Source of the DNA: an uncultured SAR86 cluster bacterium
GTDB taxonomy: Bacteria; Pseudomonadota; Gammaproteobacteria; Magnimaribacterales; AG-339-G14
Direction: 5' to 3'
Length of the DNA stretch: 64,000 nucleotides
Assembly: GCA_902525735.1 (NCBI GenBank)
Contig: CABZIF010000002.1
Span: forward strand, 5,072 to 69,071
Position 1 is the stretch's first letter. Each line of letters starts with the position of its first letter. The position numbers and the translations under genes are program-made. Shown one piece after another: positions 35,843 to 45,291 of the stretch. The notes below the pieces were generated by a model, which was given only the letters and a program-made list of their open reading frames with translations, had not been told where the DNA came from and searched no databases.

Positions 35843-36456
35843 AATATTTTATATGGTTCCTTATTAGAAAAAATCAATACTTGTGTTCCAACCCTTACCT
35901 TGTTAAAAATTTCTATAACATCATCATTGAGCATTCTTATGCAACCCAAAGATGCCGGCTGTCCAATCAAGCCCTCTTCAGCAGTGCCGTGAATGTAAAT
36001 GTATCTTGATTTAGAGTCAACAATACCACCTCTATTTCTCCCTATCTCTAGACCATCGAGCCATAAAATTCTTGAGGTTATGACATCTTCTGGTATGTCT
36101 ATGGGGTCCTCTATGATTTTGGCTATTTCATTATTCCAGACTCTGCCCTTGAAAACCGCGCCTTTTGGCATTTTTTTTCCAATTTTTTCAGAAATTACAT
36201 GAGCACCTAGAGGAGTTTTAAAACTATTTTCTATATTTCCAATACCAAATGCAGAAGAAGAGATGGGGTATTCTTTTTCTTTATTCCTAGTTTTTAAAAA
36301 AAGAGTCTGACTATCAAGATTTATCAAAATATGTGTTTTGTTTTTATTTAACTTACTAAAATTATTTAGATCTATCATTGAGTATTTTTCAAAATTTGGA
36401 GTGGTTGTGCAGCTTACTAATAAGCAAGAGACAATATAAAACCTAATCTTTTTCAT
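35839..36456 (-). CDS. L,D-transpeptidase family lipoprotein
   Basis: 205 aa. Lipobox LVSC. YkuD catalytic motif YIHGT....G.PASLGCIRMLNDDV. Confidence 0.8.
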   Translation of the reverse strand: MKKIRFYIVSCLLVSCTTTPNFEKYSMIDLNNFSKLNKNKTHILINLDSQTLFLKTRNKEKEYPISSSAFGIGNIENSFKTPLGAHVISEKIGKKMPKGAVFKGRVWNNEIAKIIEDPIDIPEDVITSRILWLDGLEIGRNRGGIVDSKSRYIYIHGTAEEGLIGQPASLGCIRMLNDDVIEIFNKVRVGTQVLIFSNKEPYKIL

Positions 36457-37981
36457 TTCTTAACATTTTATTAAAAAAAGACCCAAATATAAGGATTAAA
36501 ATAAAAAAAATTGAAGGCCACTTACCAAAAGATATAAACGGAGTGTGTCCGCTTCTAGTAAAAATTATAGATTCTATTTGTTGAGAGTTACTGACTTTTT
36601 GTTCTAAGTTATCTATATCAATACTTTTAACAACACTGCCAAATTTGTTTATTAGAGCACTTACACCAGTGCTTGTACTTCTAATTAAAGGCTTTCTATT
36701 TTCTGCTGCTCTATATCTTGCAATCTGCAAGTGTTGATAAGGCCCAATAGTGTCTCCGAACCAATTGTCATTACTAGCATTAAATAATAAATTACTTTGT
36801 TTACCATGTTTAAGAAAAATATCTTGATAGGCTATTTCATAACAAATAGCAGAGGAAATGTTTAGATCATTTGAATTTATTAAGACATTGTTATCTGAAG
36901 AAACTACATTTGGTCGATTGAAGTTAAAAAAGCTAAAAAATGAATCAAAAATGGTAAAAGGGACATATTCTCCAAATGGTACTAACTTTTGTTTATCAAA
37001 CTTGCCATTTAATTTTCCCAAGGACATTAAAGAATTACTCACACCTTCTTCGTTATTACTTTTTGATAAAATTCCAAAAATAGAAGCAAAATTAGACTCA
37101 GAAATATAAATTTCTAGTTCGTCAATGACTTTCGTATACTTGGAACTTAGCCCGGGCAAAAAAACTTCAGGCCAAAAAATTATTGATAAAATATCTTTAT
37201 CTTTTGACTTAGATGAATGTTCTTTAATTTTTGATTTAAACAGATTTATTGATTCATATTCTCCTTGAAAACTCCATTTTTCTTCAATGCTTATATTGGG
37301 TTGAATAATCACAATATTTACCTCATCTTTCTTAGTCGTCCACTCAACCTTATAGGATGAAAAAGACGCAATTAAAAACAAAGAAAAAATAGTTAAATAG
37401 ATAAGAGATATATTTTTTTGACGGCCTGATATGAGACTTTCACCTAAAACAAAAATTAGAGCTGGAATAAATATTAAAATAAAACTCATTCCAAAAACTC
37501 CAAATATCGGAATAAAACCAGAAAAAAAGAAATTATCTAAACTTGTATAGCCTAGATAAAACCAAGGGAATCCAGATAATAAAAATTCTCTAATCCATTC
37601 TGAGCCTACCCATATCGAAGGAAATAAAAATAAAATATCAAAATTAGTTTTTGTTTTGCAATAAGCAAATATCCCAAAAAAAATACCATTTAGTAAAGCT
37701 AAAAAGGCAGAAAGGCAAATAACTAAAAAGTAAGATACAGACTTAGTCGCCCCTCCATAAAAATAAATACTATTTTCTATCCAAAAAATTCCTATCAACC
37801 ATAATCCAAATCCAAAAAACCAACCATGGTAAAAAGAACTTTTAATATCATGATCTTTTATTAAGAAATAAAGGGAAAGAGGAATAAAAAAAGTTAAAAA
37901 CCAGAAATTAAAAGGTTCAAATACTAAAATTAGTGATGCGCCTATAATTAGAGAACTGATGTAACTAATTAATTTCATCAA
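36443..37981 (-). CDS. lnt: apolipoprotein N-acyltransferase
   Basis: 512 aa with a polytopic N-terminus and a C-terminal CN-hydrolase domain (IIQPNI, WPE, ICYE catalytic Cys context). Confidence 0.88.
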   Translation of the reverse strand: MMKLISYISSLIIGASLILVFEPFNFWFLTFFIPLSLYFLIKDHDIKSSFYHGWFFGFGLWLIGIFWIENSIYFYGGATKSVSYFLVICLSAFLALLNGIFFGIFAYCKTKTNFDILFLFPSIWVGSEWIREFLLSGFPWFYLGYTSLDNFFFSGFIPIFGVFGMSFILIFIPALIFVLGESLISGRQKNISLIYLTIFSLFLIASFSSYKVEWTTKKDEVNIVIIQPNISIEEKWSFQGEYESINLFKSKIKEHSSKSKDKDILSIIFWPEVFLPGLSSKYTKVIDELEIYISESNFASIFGILSKSNNEEGVSNSLMSLGKLNGKFDKQKLVPFGEYVPFTIFDSFFSFFNFNRPNVVSSDNNVLINSNDLNISSAICYEIAYQDIFLKHGKQSNLLFNASNDNWFGDTIGPYQHLQIARYRAAENRKPLIRSTSTGVSALINKFGSVVKSIDIDNLEQKVSNSQQIESIIFTRSGHTPFISFGKWPSIFFILILIFGSFFNKMLRNEKD

Positions 37982-38014
37982 TTGATTTTATAGTAATCAA
38001 GAAAATTCTTTTAT

Positions 38015-38632
38015 TTATTTAGAAAGCCAATAATTAATTTTTAAGTCATCTAAAATTTTACAAGTTTCAAAAATAGGCAAGCCCACAACATTAGAATGAC
38101 TGCCTACGATTTTTTCAATAAAAGTTGCTCCAATTCCTTGAATGCCATAGCTCCCGGCTTTATCTAAAGGTTCTCTTGTATCCCAATATTTTGAACACTC
38201 ATATGCTGTGAGTGTCTTCATAAATACTTTGGTCTCTACAATATTCATGTTGAAATTCACAGTATCAGATTCGGAGTCATCTAAAATGCCTAAGGAAACA
38301 CAAGAAATAACTTCATGAGACTGTCCGGAAAGCTCCAAAAGCATTGAGATAGCGTGATCTTTATTTTCTGGCTTTCCTAAAATTTTGTCACCAATACTTA
38401 CAATTGTATCTGCGGTCAAAACTGGAAGAATTTTTTTTTGATTTTCTTGAAGGTGAGCAAATGCAGATAATGACTTTTCTTTAGTATTTCTCTCTACAAA
38501 TTCATGAGCTGATTCATTTTCAAATGGGGCAGATTCTTCGTGATAATAATTCAGAACCTCAAATTTTACCTTTAAAGATTTTAAAATCTCATTGCGTCGC
38601 GGAGATTTAGAGGCAAGATAAATGCCAGACAC
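38015..38632 (-). CDS. maf: Maf-like nucleoside triphosphate pyrophosphatase
   Basis: 205 aa with a GTG start. LASKSPRR.E.L, DT.V, KAGSYGIQG motifs. Confidence 0.85.
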   Translation of the reverse strand: MSGIYLASKSPRRNEILKSLKVKFEVLNYYHEESAPFENESAHEFVERNTKEKSLSAFAHLQENQKKILPVLTADTIVSIGDKILGKPENKDHAISMLLELSGQSHEVISCVSLGILDDSESDTVNFNMNIVETKVFMKTLTAYECSKYWDTREPLDKAGSYGIQGIGATFIEKIVGSHSNVVGLPIFETCKILDDLKINYWLSK

Positions 38633-38633
38633 T

Positions 38634-38789
38634 TTATTTAATTTTTTCTTCTTTATAAAGGACGTGTTTTTTTATTTTTGGGTCAAATTTTTTGATTTCG
38701 ATTTTATCAGGTGTACTGCTTTTGTTTTTATCGGTAGTATAAAAATGACCAGTTCCTGCTGAAGACACTAATTTTATTTTTTCTCTCAT
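38634..38789 (-). CDS. rpmG: 50S ribosomal protein L33
   Basis: This gene is not in the ORF track (51 aa). My own translation of the minus strand gives [51 protein letters not shown]. It has an ATGA overlap with the rpmB stop, in the canonical rpmB-rpmG order. Confidence 0.9.
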   Translation of the reverse strand: MREKIKLVSSAGTGHFYTTDKNKSSTPDKIEIKKFDPKIKKHVLYKEEKIK

Positions 38790-39022
38790 ACTTTTTCTCC
38801 TCTATTTCTAATATCTTCCAATACTTTGTCTATTCCTTTTTTATCTATAATTCTAAGACCTTTTGTTGAAATATTGAGCGTTACATAACGATTTTCAGAC
38901 TCAACCCAAAATCTATGTTTGTGAAGATTAGGCATAAATCTCCTGCGGGTTTTATTCACAGCTTTGGAAACGTTATTTCCAGACATTGGAATTTTACCTG
39001 TTACTTGACATTGTTTACTCAT
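38786..39022 (-). CDS. rpmB: 50S ribosomal protein L28
   Basis: 78 aa. [10 protein letters not shown]....GNNVS.A.NKTRRRF.PNL is the L28 signature. Confidence 0.95.
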   Translation of the reverse strand: MSKQCQVTGKIPMSGNNVSKAVNKTRRRFMPNLHKHRFWVESENRYVTLNISTKGLRIIDKKGIDKVLEDIRNRGEKV

Positions 39023-39100
39023 AAAAACCTCTAAAAGGTTTTGTTTTATACCAGAATCTAAACTTCATTGAAACCTATCTAGAGTATAATTCGGAGCTAA

Positions 39101-40297
39101 ATGAAACAATTAGCTAACAAACACATACTTTTATGTGTAACTGGTGGAATAGCTGCCTATAAGGCAGCAGAGATCATTAGACTATTCAAAACAGCTGGGT
39201 CAAATGTAAGGGTTTTAATGACAAAAGCTGCACAAGAATTCATTACGCCCCTTACTATGCAAGCTTTATCAGGAAATCAAGTTCATGCTGATCTTTTAGA
39301 CACTGAGGCCGAAGCTGCGATGGGTCATATAGAATTAGCAAAATGGAGTGACGTTATTATCATTGCTCCGTGTTCTGCTAATTCAATTTCACGATTAGCT
39401 GCCGGCAAAGGAGACGATTTAATGACTGCAGTTTGCTTAGCAGCAGAATCTAAAATATTTTTTGCACCCGCCATGAATCAAGCTATGTGGGCTGATTCAA
39501 GAACACAAAAAAATTATCAAATTTTAATGAAAAATAATTTTATTCCGATTGGACCTAATTCTGGCGAACAGGCCTGTGGCGACGAAGGGTACGGCAGAAT
39601 GTCTGAACCTCAAGAAATTGTCAGTGAAGTAGCAACAAACTTTTCAGAAGGCCTATTGGCAGGAAAAAAAATATTAATAACTGCAGGTCCAACACGCGAA
39701 AAAATAGACCCTGTTAGATATATTTCCAACAGAAGCTCCGGAAAAATGGGCTTTTCAATTGCAGAGGCTGCAAGAGACGAGGGTGGCCTTGTAAGTTTGA
39801 TTAGCGGTCCAGTCAGTTTAAAAACACCTGATGAAATAGAAAGAATAGATGTTGAATCTGCAGATGAAATGTTTAAAGAAGTAAACAAAGTTATAAATAA
39901 TTTTGATTTTTTTATTTCGACAGCTGCAGTTGCTGATTTTAAACCTGAAAAATTCGAAAATCAGAAAATAAAAAAAGATAAGAATGCAGTTAATTTAAGT
40001 ATGGAATTTATTGAAAATAAAGATATTCTAAAATCTATTTCTAAGAATAAAGGAGACTTAAAAATAATTGGTTTTGCTGCTGAAACTCAAGACATCAAAG
40101 AAAATGCTAAAAAAAAGCTAAATGAAAAAAATTTGGATTTAATTATTGCAAATGATGTTTCTGACTCTTCGATTGGTTTTGACTCAGATGAAAACGAAGT
40201 TTATTTAATTACTAAAAAAATTGAAAAAAAGATTGAGAAAATTTCAAAAAAGAAATTATCGAGAAGTATCATTGAATTTATTGCAAAATATCTCTAA
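39101..40297 (+). CDS. coaBC: bifunctional phosphopantothenoylcysteine decarboxylase / synthetase
   Basis: 398 aa. N-terminal flavoprotein domain ([20 protein letters not shown]) and C-terminal DFP domain ([31 protein letters not shown]). It is divergent from rpmBG, as in E. coli. Confidence 0.93.
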   Translation: MKQLANKHILLCVTGGIAAYKAAEIIRLFKTAGSNVRVLMTKAAQEFITPLTMQALSGNQVHADLLDTEAEAAMGHIELAKWSDVIIIAPCSANSISRLAAGKGDDLMTAVCLAAESKIFFAPAMNQAMWADSRTQKNYQILMKNNFIPIGPNSGEQACGDEGYGRMSEPQEIVSEVATNFSEGLLAGKKILITAGPTREKIDPVRYISNRSSGKMGFSIAEAARDEGGLVSLISGPVSLKTPDEIERIDVESADEMFKEVNKVINNFDFFISTAAVADFKPEKFENQKIKKDKNAVNLSMEFIENKDILKSISKNKGDLKIIGFAAETQDIKENAKKKLNEKNLDLIIANDVSDSSIGFDSDENEVYLITKKIEKKIEKISKKKLSRSIIEFIAKYL

Positions 40298-40849
40298 ATG
40301 GTCAGGTGGATATTGAGAAGGGTTATCGGTTTTATTTTGCCGAACCTTATTTCAAATTTTCTAAAATCAGAAAATACTTCAGAAAAGATCAATAAGATTA
40401 AAATCCAAATCAAGATTGTCGATAAAAATTTGGGTGACGATATACCTTTGCCTAAATTTAACACTGATGGATCCGCTGCTTTAGATTTAAGAACAAATAT
40501 AGTTAAGTCAATAACTTTAGAACCAAATAAAACTTATTTATTTTCTACTGGCTTCTCTATTTATATTGGTAATCCTGATTATGCTGCTTTTATATTGCCC
40601 AGATCAGGGCTAGGTCATAAAAATGGTATTGTTTTAGGTAATTTAATCGGTTTGATAGATTCAGATTATCAAGGAGAAATTATGATCTCACTTTGGAATA
40701 GATCGAACAATTCTTTTACAATAAATAGAGGAGATAGAATAGCACAGATGATGTTTCTAGAAGTGGCTTCACCGATTTTCCAAATTGTGGATAAATTTGA
40801 AGAAACAGAGAGAGGAACTAAAGGCTTTGGTTCATCAGGTAAAGATTAA
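40298..40849 (+). CDS. dut: dUTP diphosphatase (with ~30-aa N-terminal extension if the ATG at 40298 is used)
   Basis: The Dut core runs from ...IKIQIKIVDKNLGDDIPLPKFNTDGSAALDLR through GLIDSDYQGEI to the C-terminal RGTKGFGSSG. The ATG follows the coaBC stop directly. Confidence 0.9.
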   Translation: MVRWILRRVIGFILPNLISNFLKSENTSEKINKIKIQIKIVDKNLGDDIPLPKFNTDGSAALDLRTNIVKSITLEPNKTYLFSTGFSIYIGNPDYAAFILPRSGLGHKNGIVLGNLIGLIDSDYQGEIMISLWNRSNNSFTINRGDRIAQMMFLEVASPIFQIVDKFEETERGTKGFGSSGKD

Positions 40850-40864
40850 ATAAGGGAGAGAATA

Positions 40865-42427
40865 ATGGATATAAAATTACAAGACTCTTTAGCAGAAAGT
40901 TTGAGATGGCGATGCAAAGAATCTGCAAATGATATAGCAATAAAATTTTTAGATAGACAGCAAACATATGCTCAACTTGATTCAAATGCGAATCGTGTAG
41001 CTCAAGGTTTATTAAGCTTTCAAATAAAACCAGATTCTAGAGTCGCATACTTAGCTAAAAACACAGATTATTTTTTTGAAATTTTTTATGGTGCTCTCAA
41101 ATCAAAAGCCGTAGTAGTTGGAGTTAATTGGAGGCTCGCTGCAGAAGAAGTCGCTTATGTATTAGAAGATTCAAAAAGTGAAATTCTTTTCGTTAGTCCG
41201 GATTTCTTTGAAATAATTGAAGAAATTGAAAACAAATTACCTTTTATAAAAGAGATTATTTGTCTTGAAGGAAATAATAAGAATTGGATGACTTATTCCC
41301 AATGGAAAGATGACAATGATGATATTGACCCCCAACTTGCATCCGATGAACATGATGACGTAATTCAACTTTACACTTCAGGTACAACAGGGCATCCCAA
41401 AGGAGTGCAATTAACAAATAAAAATTTTTACGCTGCTACTGACAATACTATTGGAGTTATCCCTTTCCCTTCAGGTTCAAAAGCTATGGTATGTATGCCT
41501 GTTTATCATGTTGCTGGAACAAATTTTGGGATATGGGGACTTTTGCAAGGTTGCAATAATTTAATAATTCCAGAAGTAGATCCAGGTTTGATTCTTGATT
41601 TAGTTGAAAAAGAAAAAATAGAACTTACTTTATGGGTGCCGGCAGTTATACTTTTTTTGCTTCAACATCCAAACGCAGAAAAAACTGATTTTAGCTCCTT
41701 GAAAGTTGTTGTTTATGGAGCTTCTCCTATTGCAGAAGACACAGTAGTAAATGCAATTAAATTAATGAATTGTGGGTTTTATCAAGTTTATGGATTAACA
41801 GAAACTTCTGGAGCAATTACTTGTTTGGTATCTGAGGATCATGATCCTAAAAAGAATAAATTAAGATCTTGTGGCAAGGCTCTCCCTGGAGTTGAGATAA
41901 AGGTAATTGATGATGCCGGAAAGGAAGTTGATCAAGGCGAGGTGGGAGAAATTATTACAAAGTCAGATTTAAATATGAAAGGTTATTGGAACAATTCAGA
42001 AGCAACCGAAAAGTCTATCCAAGATGGATGGTTTTATTCGGGTGATGCAGGTTTTTTGGATGAAGAAGGTTTTTTATATATTCACGATAGGGTCAAAGAT
42101 ATGATCGTCTCGGGCGGAGAAAATATTTATCCTGCTGAAGTTGAAAATGCCCTTATGAGTAATGAAGAAATTTTAGACGCTGCAGTAGTTGGAGTACCTG
42201 ACGATAAATGGGGAGAATCTACAAAAGCTTTTGTCGTTCTATCTGAGGGAAGTTCTCTAAATGCAAAGGACATAATTTCTTATACCAAATCAAAAATAGC
42301 CTCTTATAAAAGTCCAAAGTCAGTTGAATTCATCGAAATGCTTCCAAGAAATCCCTCTGGAAAAGTATTAAGAAGAGAATTAAGAGCTCCATATTGGGAG
42401 GGAAGAGATAGAGGAGTGTCGGGATAG
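40865..42427 (+). CDS. AMP-dependent synthetase/ligase (acyl/fatty-acid--CoA ligase family)
   Basis: 520 aa. AMP-binding motif LYTSGTTGHPKGV, YGLTET, GDAGFLDEEGFLYIHDRVKDMI, PRNPSGKVLRREL. Confidence 0.8.
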   Translation: MDIKLQDSLAESLRWRCKESANDIAIKFLDRQQTYAQLDSNANRVAQGLLSFQIKPDSRVAYLAKNTDYFFEIFYGALKSKAVVVGVNWRLAAEEVAYVLEDSKSEILFVSPDFFEIIEEIENKLPFIKEIICLEGNNKNWMTYSQWKDDNDDIDPQLASDEHDDVIQLYTSGTTGHPKGVQLTNKNFYAATDNTIGVIPFPSGSKAMVCMPVYHVAGTNFGIWGLLQGCNNLIIPEVDPGLILDLVEKEKIELTLWVPAVILFLLQHPNAEKTDFSSLKVVVYGASPIAEDTVVNAIKLMNCGFYQVYGLTETSGAITCLVSEDHDPKKNKLRSCGKALPGVEIKVIDDAGKEVDQGEVGEIITKSDLNMKGYWNNSEATEKSIQDGWFYSGDAGFLDEEGFLYIHDRVKDMIVSGGENIYPAEVENALMSNEEILDAAVVGVPDDKWGESTKAFVVLSEGSSLNAKDIISYTKSKIASYKSPKSVEFIEMLPRNPSGKVLRRELRAPYWEGRDRGVSG

Positions 42428-42428
42428 C

Positions 42429-43022
42429 CTAATTTCTAGATTTTAAAGGGTCTTTATAAACAGTGTATACAGAAGCAACAATAATTATTGCTATTAAAAC
42501 GTATGTAAAGTACTCAACGAAAACGACTCCTAAAAAATAACCTGTTAAAACATAAAGACTTGCCCAAGCTGGAGAGGCTAAAACTTCGATTGGGAAAAAA
42601 TATTTTGATTTCATTCCTAATGATCCGGCAATAAATGGAACGGTACATCTCAAAGGACCGGCAAATCTTCCCAGAGCTACACTCAACATCCCTCTTTTTT
42701 TCATAAATTTTCTGGCTTGGAAAATATAATGATGATATTTCTCAGGAATCCAATCTTCTACTTTATTACCAACGAGTTTCCCAATAAAAAAACTTACGGT
42801 GTCACCCATAATCATTCCTAAAGAAGCCCAAAAGACTATTACAACCGGACTTATGTTTATTGATGCTGCAAGTGCGCCTATGCCAGGAATGATAAGAGTC
42901 GCCGGTGTAAAAAGACCTAAAATGATTAAAGATTCTACAAAAACCAAAAGAAACATCATTAAATTGATCCAGTTTGGATTTTCTTCTAAAAATTCTAATA
43001 TAGAACTGAACTCGAACATCAA
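42429..43022 (-). CDS. DedA/VTT-domain inner-membrane protein
   Basis: 197 aa multi-TM protein. FVESLIILGLFTPAT..PG, G..MGD..SF.IG, R and G-rich loop RFAGPLR. Confidence 0.8.
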   Translation of the reverse strand: MMFEFSSILEFLEENPNWINLMMFLLVFVESLIILGLFTPATLIIPGIGALAASINISPVVIVFWASLGMIMGDTVSFFIGKLVGNKVEDWIPEKYHHYIFQARKFMKKRGMLSVALGRFAGPLRCTVPFIAGSLGMKSKYFFPIEVLASPAWASLYVLTGYFLGVVFVEYFTYVLIAIIIVASVYTVYKDPLKSRN

Positions 43023-43064
43023 ATTTTGTTTCTAAGACTTATAATAGTTGCAATAATACCTCAC

Positions 43065-44327
43065 ATGAAAGATAAAAATAATATTTCTGATTTGAATGCT
43101 ATCTTAGATAGTGCGAAAGCTTCTAAAGAAGAACTTAGAAGCGCTTCTAAAGATCAAAAAGATGAATCTTTAAAAAAAGCTGCAGAAAGCATCAATTCCA
43201 GTAGGGAAACTTTAAAAGCTGCTAATGAAAAAGATATGGAGGCAGCGAGCACTTTAAACTTGCAAGATAGCTTTATTGATAGATTAAAGCTAGACGATAA
43301 ACGAATCGATTCAATGATTTCTGGATTAAAAAAAGTCATTGATTTGAATGATCCTGTTGGAGAAATGACAAATAAATCTAAATCTCCTTCAGGATTTTTA
43401 GTTAGTAAAATGAGAGTTCCTCTAGGAGTGATTGGAATAATTTATGAATCTAGACCAAATGTAACCGCTGATGCATCTGCGCTTTGTTTGAAATCAGGAA
43501 ATGCTTGTATTTTGAGAGGAGGAACAGAAGCATCTGAGACTAATCAAGCAATTGAAAAATGTATGATTGATGGACTCGTTGCAGTTGATTTGCCAACTAA
43601 AGCGATACAATTGTTAAAAAATCAAGATAGGGAATTAGTAACTCAATTGATCAAATCTGAGAATCAAGTAGATTTGATCATTCCAAGAGGCGGGAAAAGT
43701 TTGATTAAAGTGATAGCAGAGGATTCCATGGTCCCGGTTTTAAAGCATTATGAAGGTTTATGTCACGTATTCGTTGATAAAAATGCTGACCTAAATAAAG
43801 CTATTGATATTTCTTTGAATGCCAAAGTTTATAGATACGGAATTTGTGGCGCAATGGAAACTCTTTTAGTTGCTAAATCTATTGCAAATGAATTTTTGCC
43901 TCTGATCTTCGATGAGTTTAAAAAATACGAAGTTGAACTGAGGGGATGTGAAAAGACTAATGAAATTATAAATATAAACCTTGCAACGGAAGAAGATTGG
44001 AAAACTGAATATCTTGAACCAATTCTTTCTATAAAAGTTGTTGAAGATATTAGTGAAGCCATCAGCCATATAAATCTTTTTGGTTCTGGGCATACAGATT
44101 GCATCGTTACCGAAGATGATTCTGCAAAAAAAACATTTTTGACTAATGTTGATTCTAGTTCTGTGATGCATAATTTACCTACTTGCTATGCCGATGGGTT
44201 TGAGTACGGTTTAGGGGCTGAGGTGGGTATATCTACAGATAAACTTCATGCCAGGGGGCCAGTTGGTCTTGAGGGCCTTACAAGTCAAAAATTCATTGTT
44301 GAAGGATCCGGTCAATTAAGAAAATAA
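43065..44327 (+). CDS. proA: glutamate-5-semialdehyde dehydrogenase (gamma-glutamyl phosphate reductase)
   Basis: 420 aa from the ATG at 43065 (the ORF-track TTG at 43026 adds an unlikely 13 aa). GVIGIIYESRPNVT, LRGG.E, CGAMETLLV, GHTDCIVTED, FADGFEYGLGAE. Confidence 0.92.
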   Translation: MKDKNNISDLNAILDSAKASKEELRSASKDQKDESLKKAAESINSSRETLKAANEKDMEAASTLNLQDSFIDRLKLDDKRIDSMISGLKKVIDLNDPVGEMTNKSKSPSGFLVSKMRVPLGVIGIIYESRPNVTADASALCLKSGNACILRGGTEASETNQAIEKCMIDGLVAVDLPTKAIQLLKNQDRELVTQLIKSENQVDLIIPRGGKSLIKVIAEDSMVPVLKHYEGLCHVFVDKNADLNKAIDISLNAKVYRYGICGAMETLLVAKSIANEFLPLIFDEFKKYEVELRGCEKTNEIININLATEEDWKTEYLEPILSIKVVEDISEAISHINLFGSGHTDCIVTEDDSAKKTFLTNVDSSSVMHNLPTCYADGFEYGLGAEVGISTDKLHARGPVGLEGLTSQKFIVEGSGQLRK

Positions 44328-44334
44328 TATATAA

Positions 44335-44967
44335 ATGTCTAAAACCATAGGAATTTTTGGGGGAGCCTTTGATCCCGTTCATATCGGACACTCTAAATTG
44401 GTTTTAGATATTCAAAATATATTTGATTTTGAAAAAATATTTGTAGTGCCATCGGGAAATCCGGTCTTCAAAAATTCTCATTTTATTGATTCAAAAAAAA
44501 GAATTGAAATGCTTAATATAGCTTTCAAAGATATCAAAAATGTTTACATAGATAATAGAGAAACTTTGAAAAAAGGAGTTTCTTTTACCATTGAAACTTT
44601 AAAGGAATATCGAAGCGAACATAAAAAAGAACAACATTTTAGTTTAATTTTAGGACATGATGCTTTTGCCACTTTCAAAAGCTGGAAGAATTGGAGTGAA
44701 ATTCTTAGTCTTTCTTCTCTAATTGTAGTTAGTAGACCGAATTGTGACTTTCTAGAAGGTTATTTGGAAGAATTCAAAAAAAATATTGCTTTATCAAAAT
44801 CTGATTTTTTAAGCGGACATGGAAAAATTAATTTTGTGGAAACTTCTTTGCTTGATATCTCCTCCAGTGATATTAGAAAAACAATTAATAATCCAGACTT
44901 TAAACAAGGCATTTTAGATGAAGATGTTTATGAGTACATAAAAAAAAATTCTCTTTATAAAAACTAA
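44335..44967 (+). CDS. nadD: nicotinate-nucleotide adenylyltransferase
   Basis: 210 aa. IGIFGGAFDPVHIGH and ISSSDIR motifs. It lies in the proA-nadD-rsfS order. Confidence 0.88.
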   Translation: MSKTIGIFGGAFDPVHIGHSKLVLDIQNIFDFEKIFVVPSGNPVFKNSHFIDSKKRIEMLNIAFKDIKNVYIDNRETLKKGVSFTIETLKEYRSEHKKEQHFSLILGHDAFATFKSWKNWSEILSLSSLIVVSRPNCDFLEGYLEEFKKNIALSKSDFLSGHGKINFVETSLLDISSSDIRKTINNPDFKQGILDEDVYEYIKKNSLYKN

Positions 44968-45291
44968 ATGGATAAAAAATTAAATAATCTTATAAAAAAA
45001 AATTTAGAGGAATTAAAAGCTATTGATACCAGAATTTTAGATCTTTCTAAAATTGATGCTTTCACAGACCATTTAATCATAACCACTGGTACTTCTAAGC
45101 CTCACATATCTGCAATTTCTAAAAAAATTACCGAAGTTTTAAAAACAAATAAAGTTAAAGTTTATGGATACGAGGGCAGAGGTTCGAAAGATTGGGTATT
45201 GATAGATTTAGGTGAAGTTGTGCTGAATATTATGTCATCCTCTGCAAGAGAATTATACGATCTAGAAAGTTTGTGGGACCCTAATCTGTAA
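44968..45291 (+). CDS. rsfS: ribosome silencing factor
   Basis: 107 aa. ...DHLIITTGTSKPHISAIS...EG....WVLIDLGEVVLNIM is RsfS/YbeB-like. Confidence 0.85.
   Translation: MDKKLNNLIKKNLEELKAIDTRILDLSKIDAFTDHLIITTGTSKPHISAISKKITEVLKTNKVKVYGYEGRGSKDWVLIDLGEVVLNIMSSSARELYDLESLWDPNL

Noticed and set aside
39023-39100. Promoter calls in the rpmB/coaBC divergent spacer (TTGAAA and TATAAT hexamers present)
   Set aside because: The two hexamers are only 11 nt apart, so they cannot form one sigma70 promoter. I could not support an alternative pairing.
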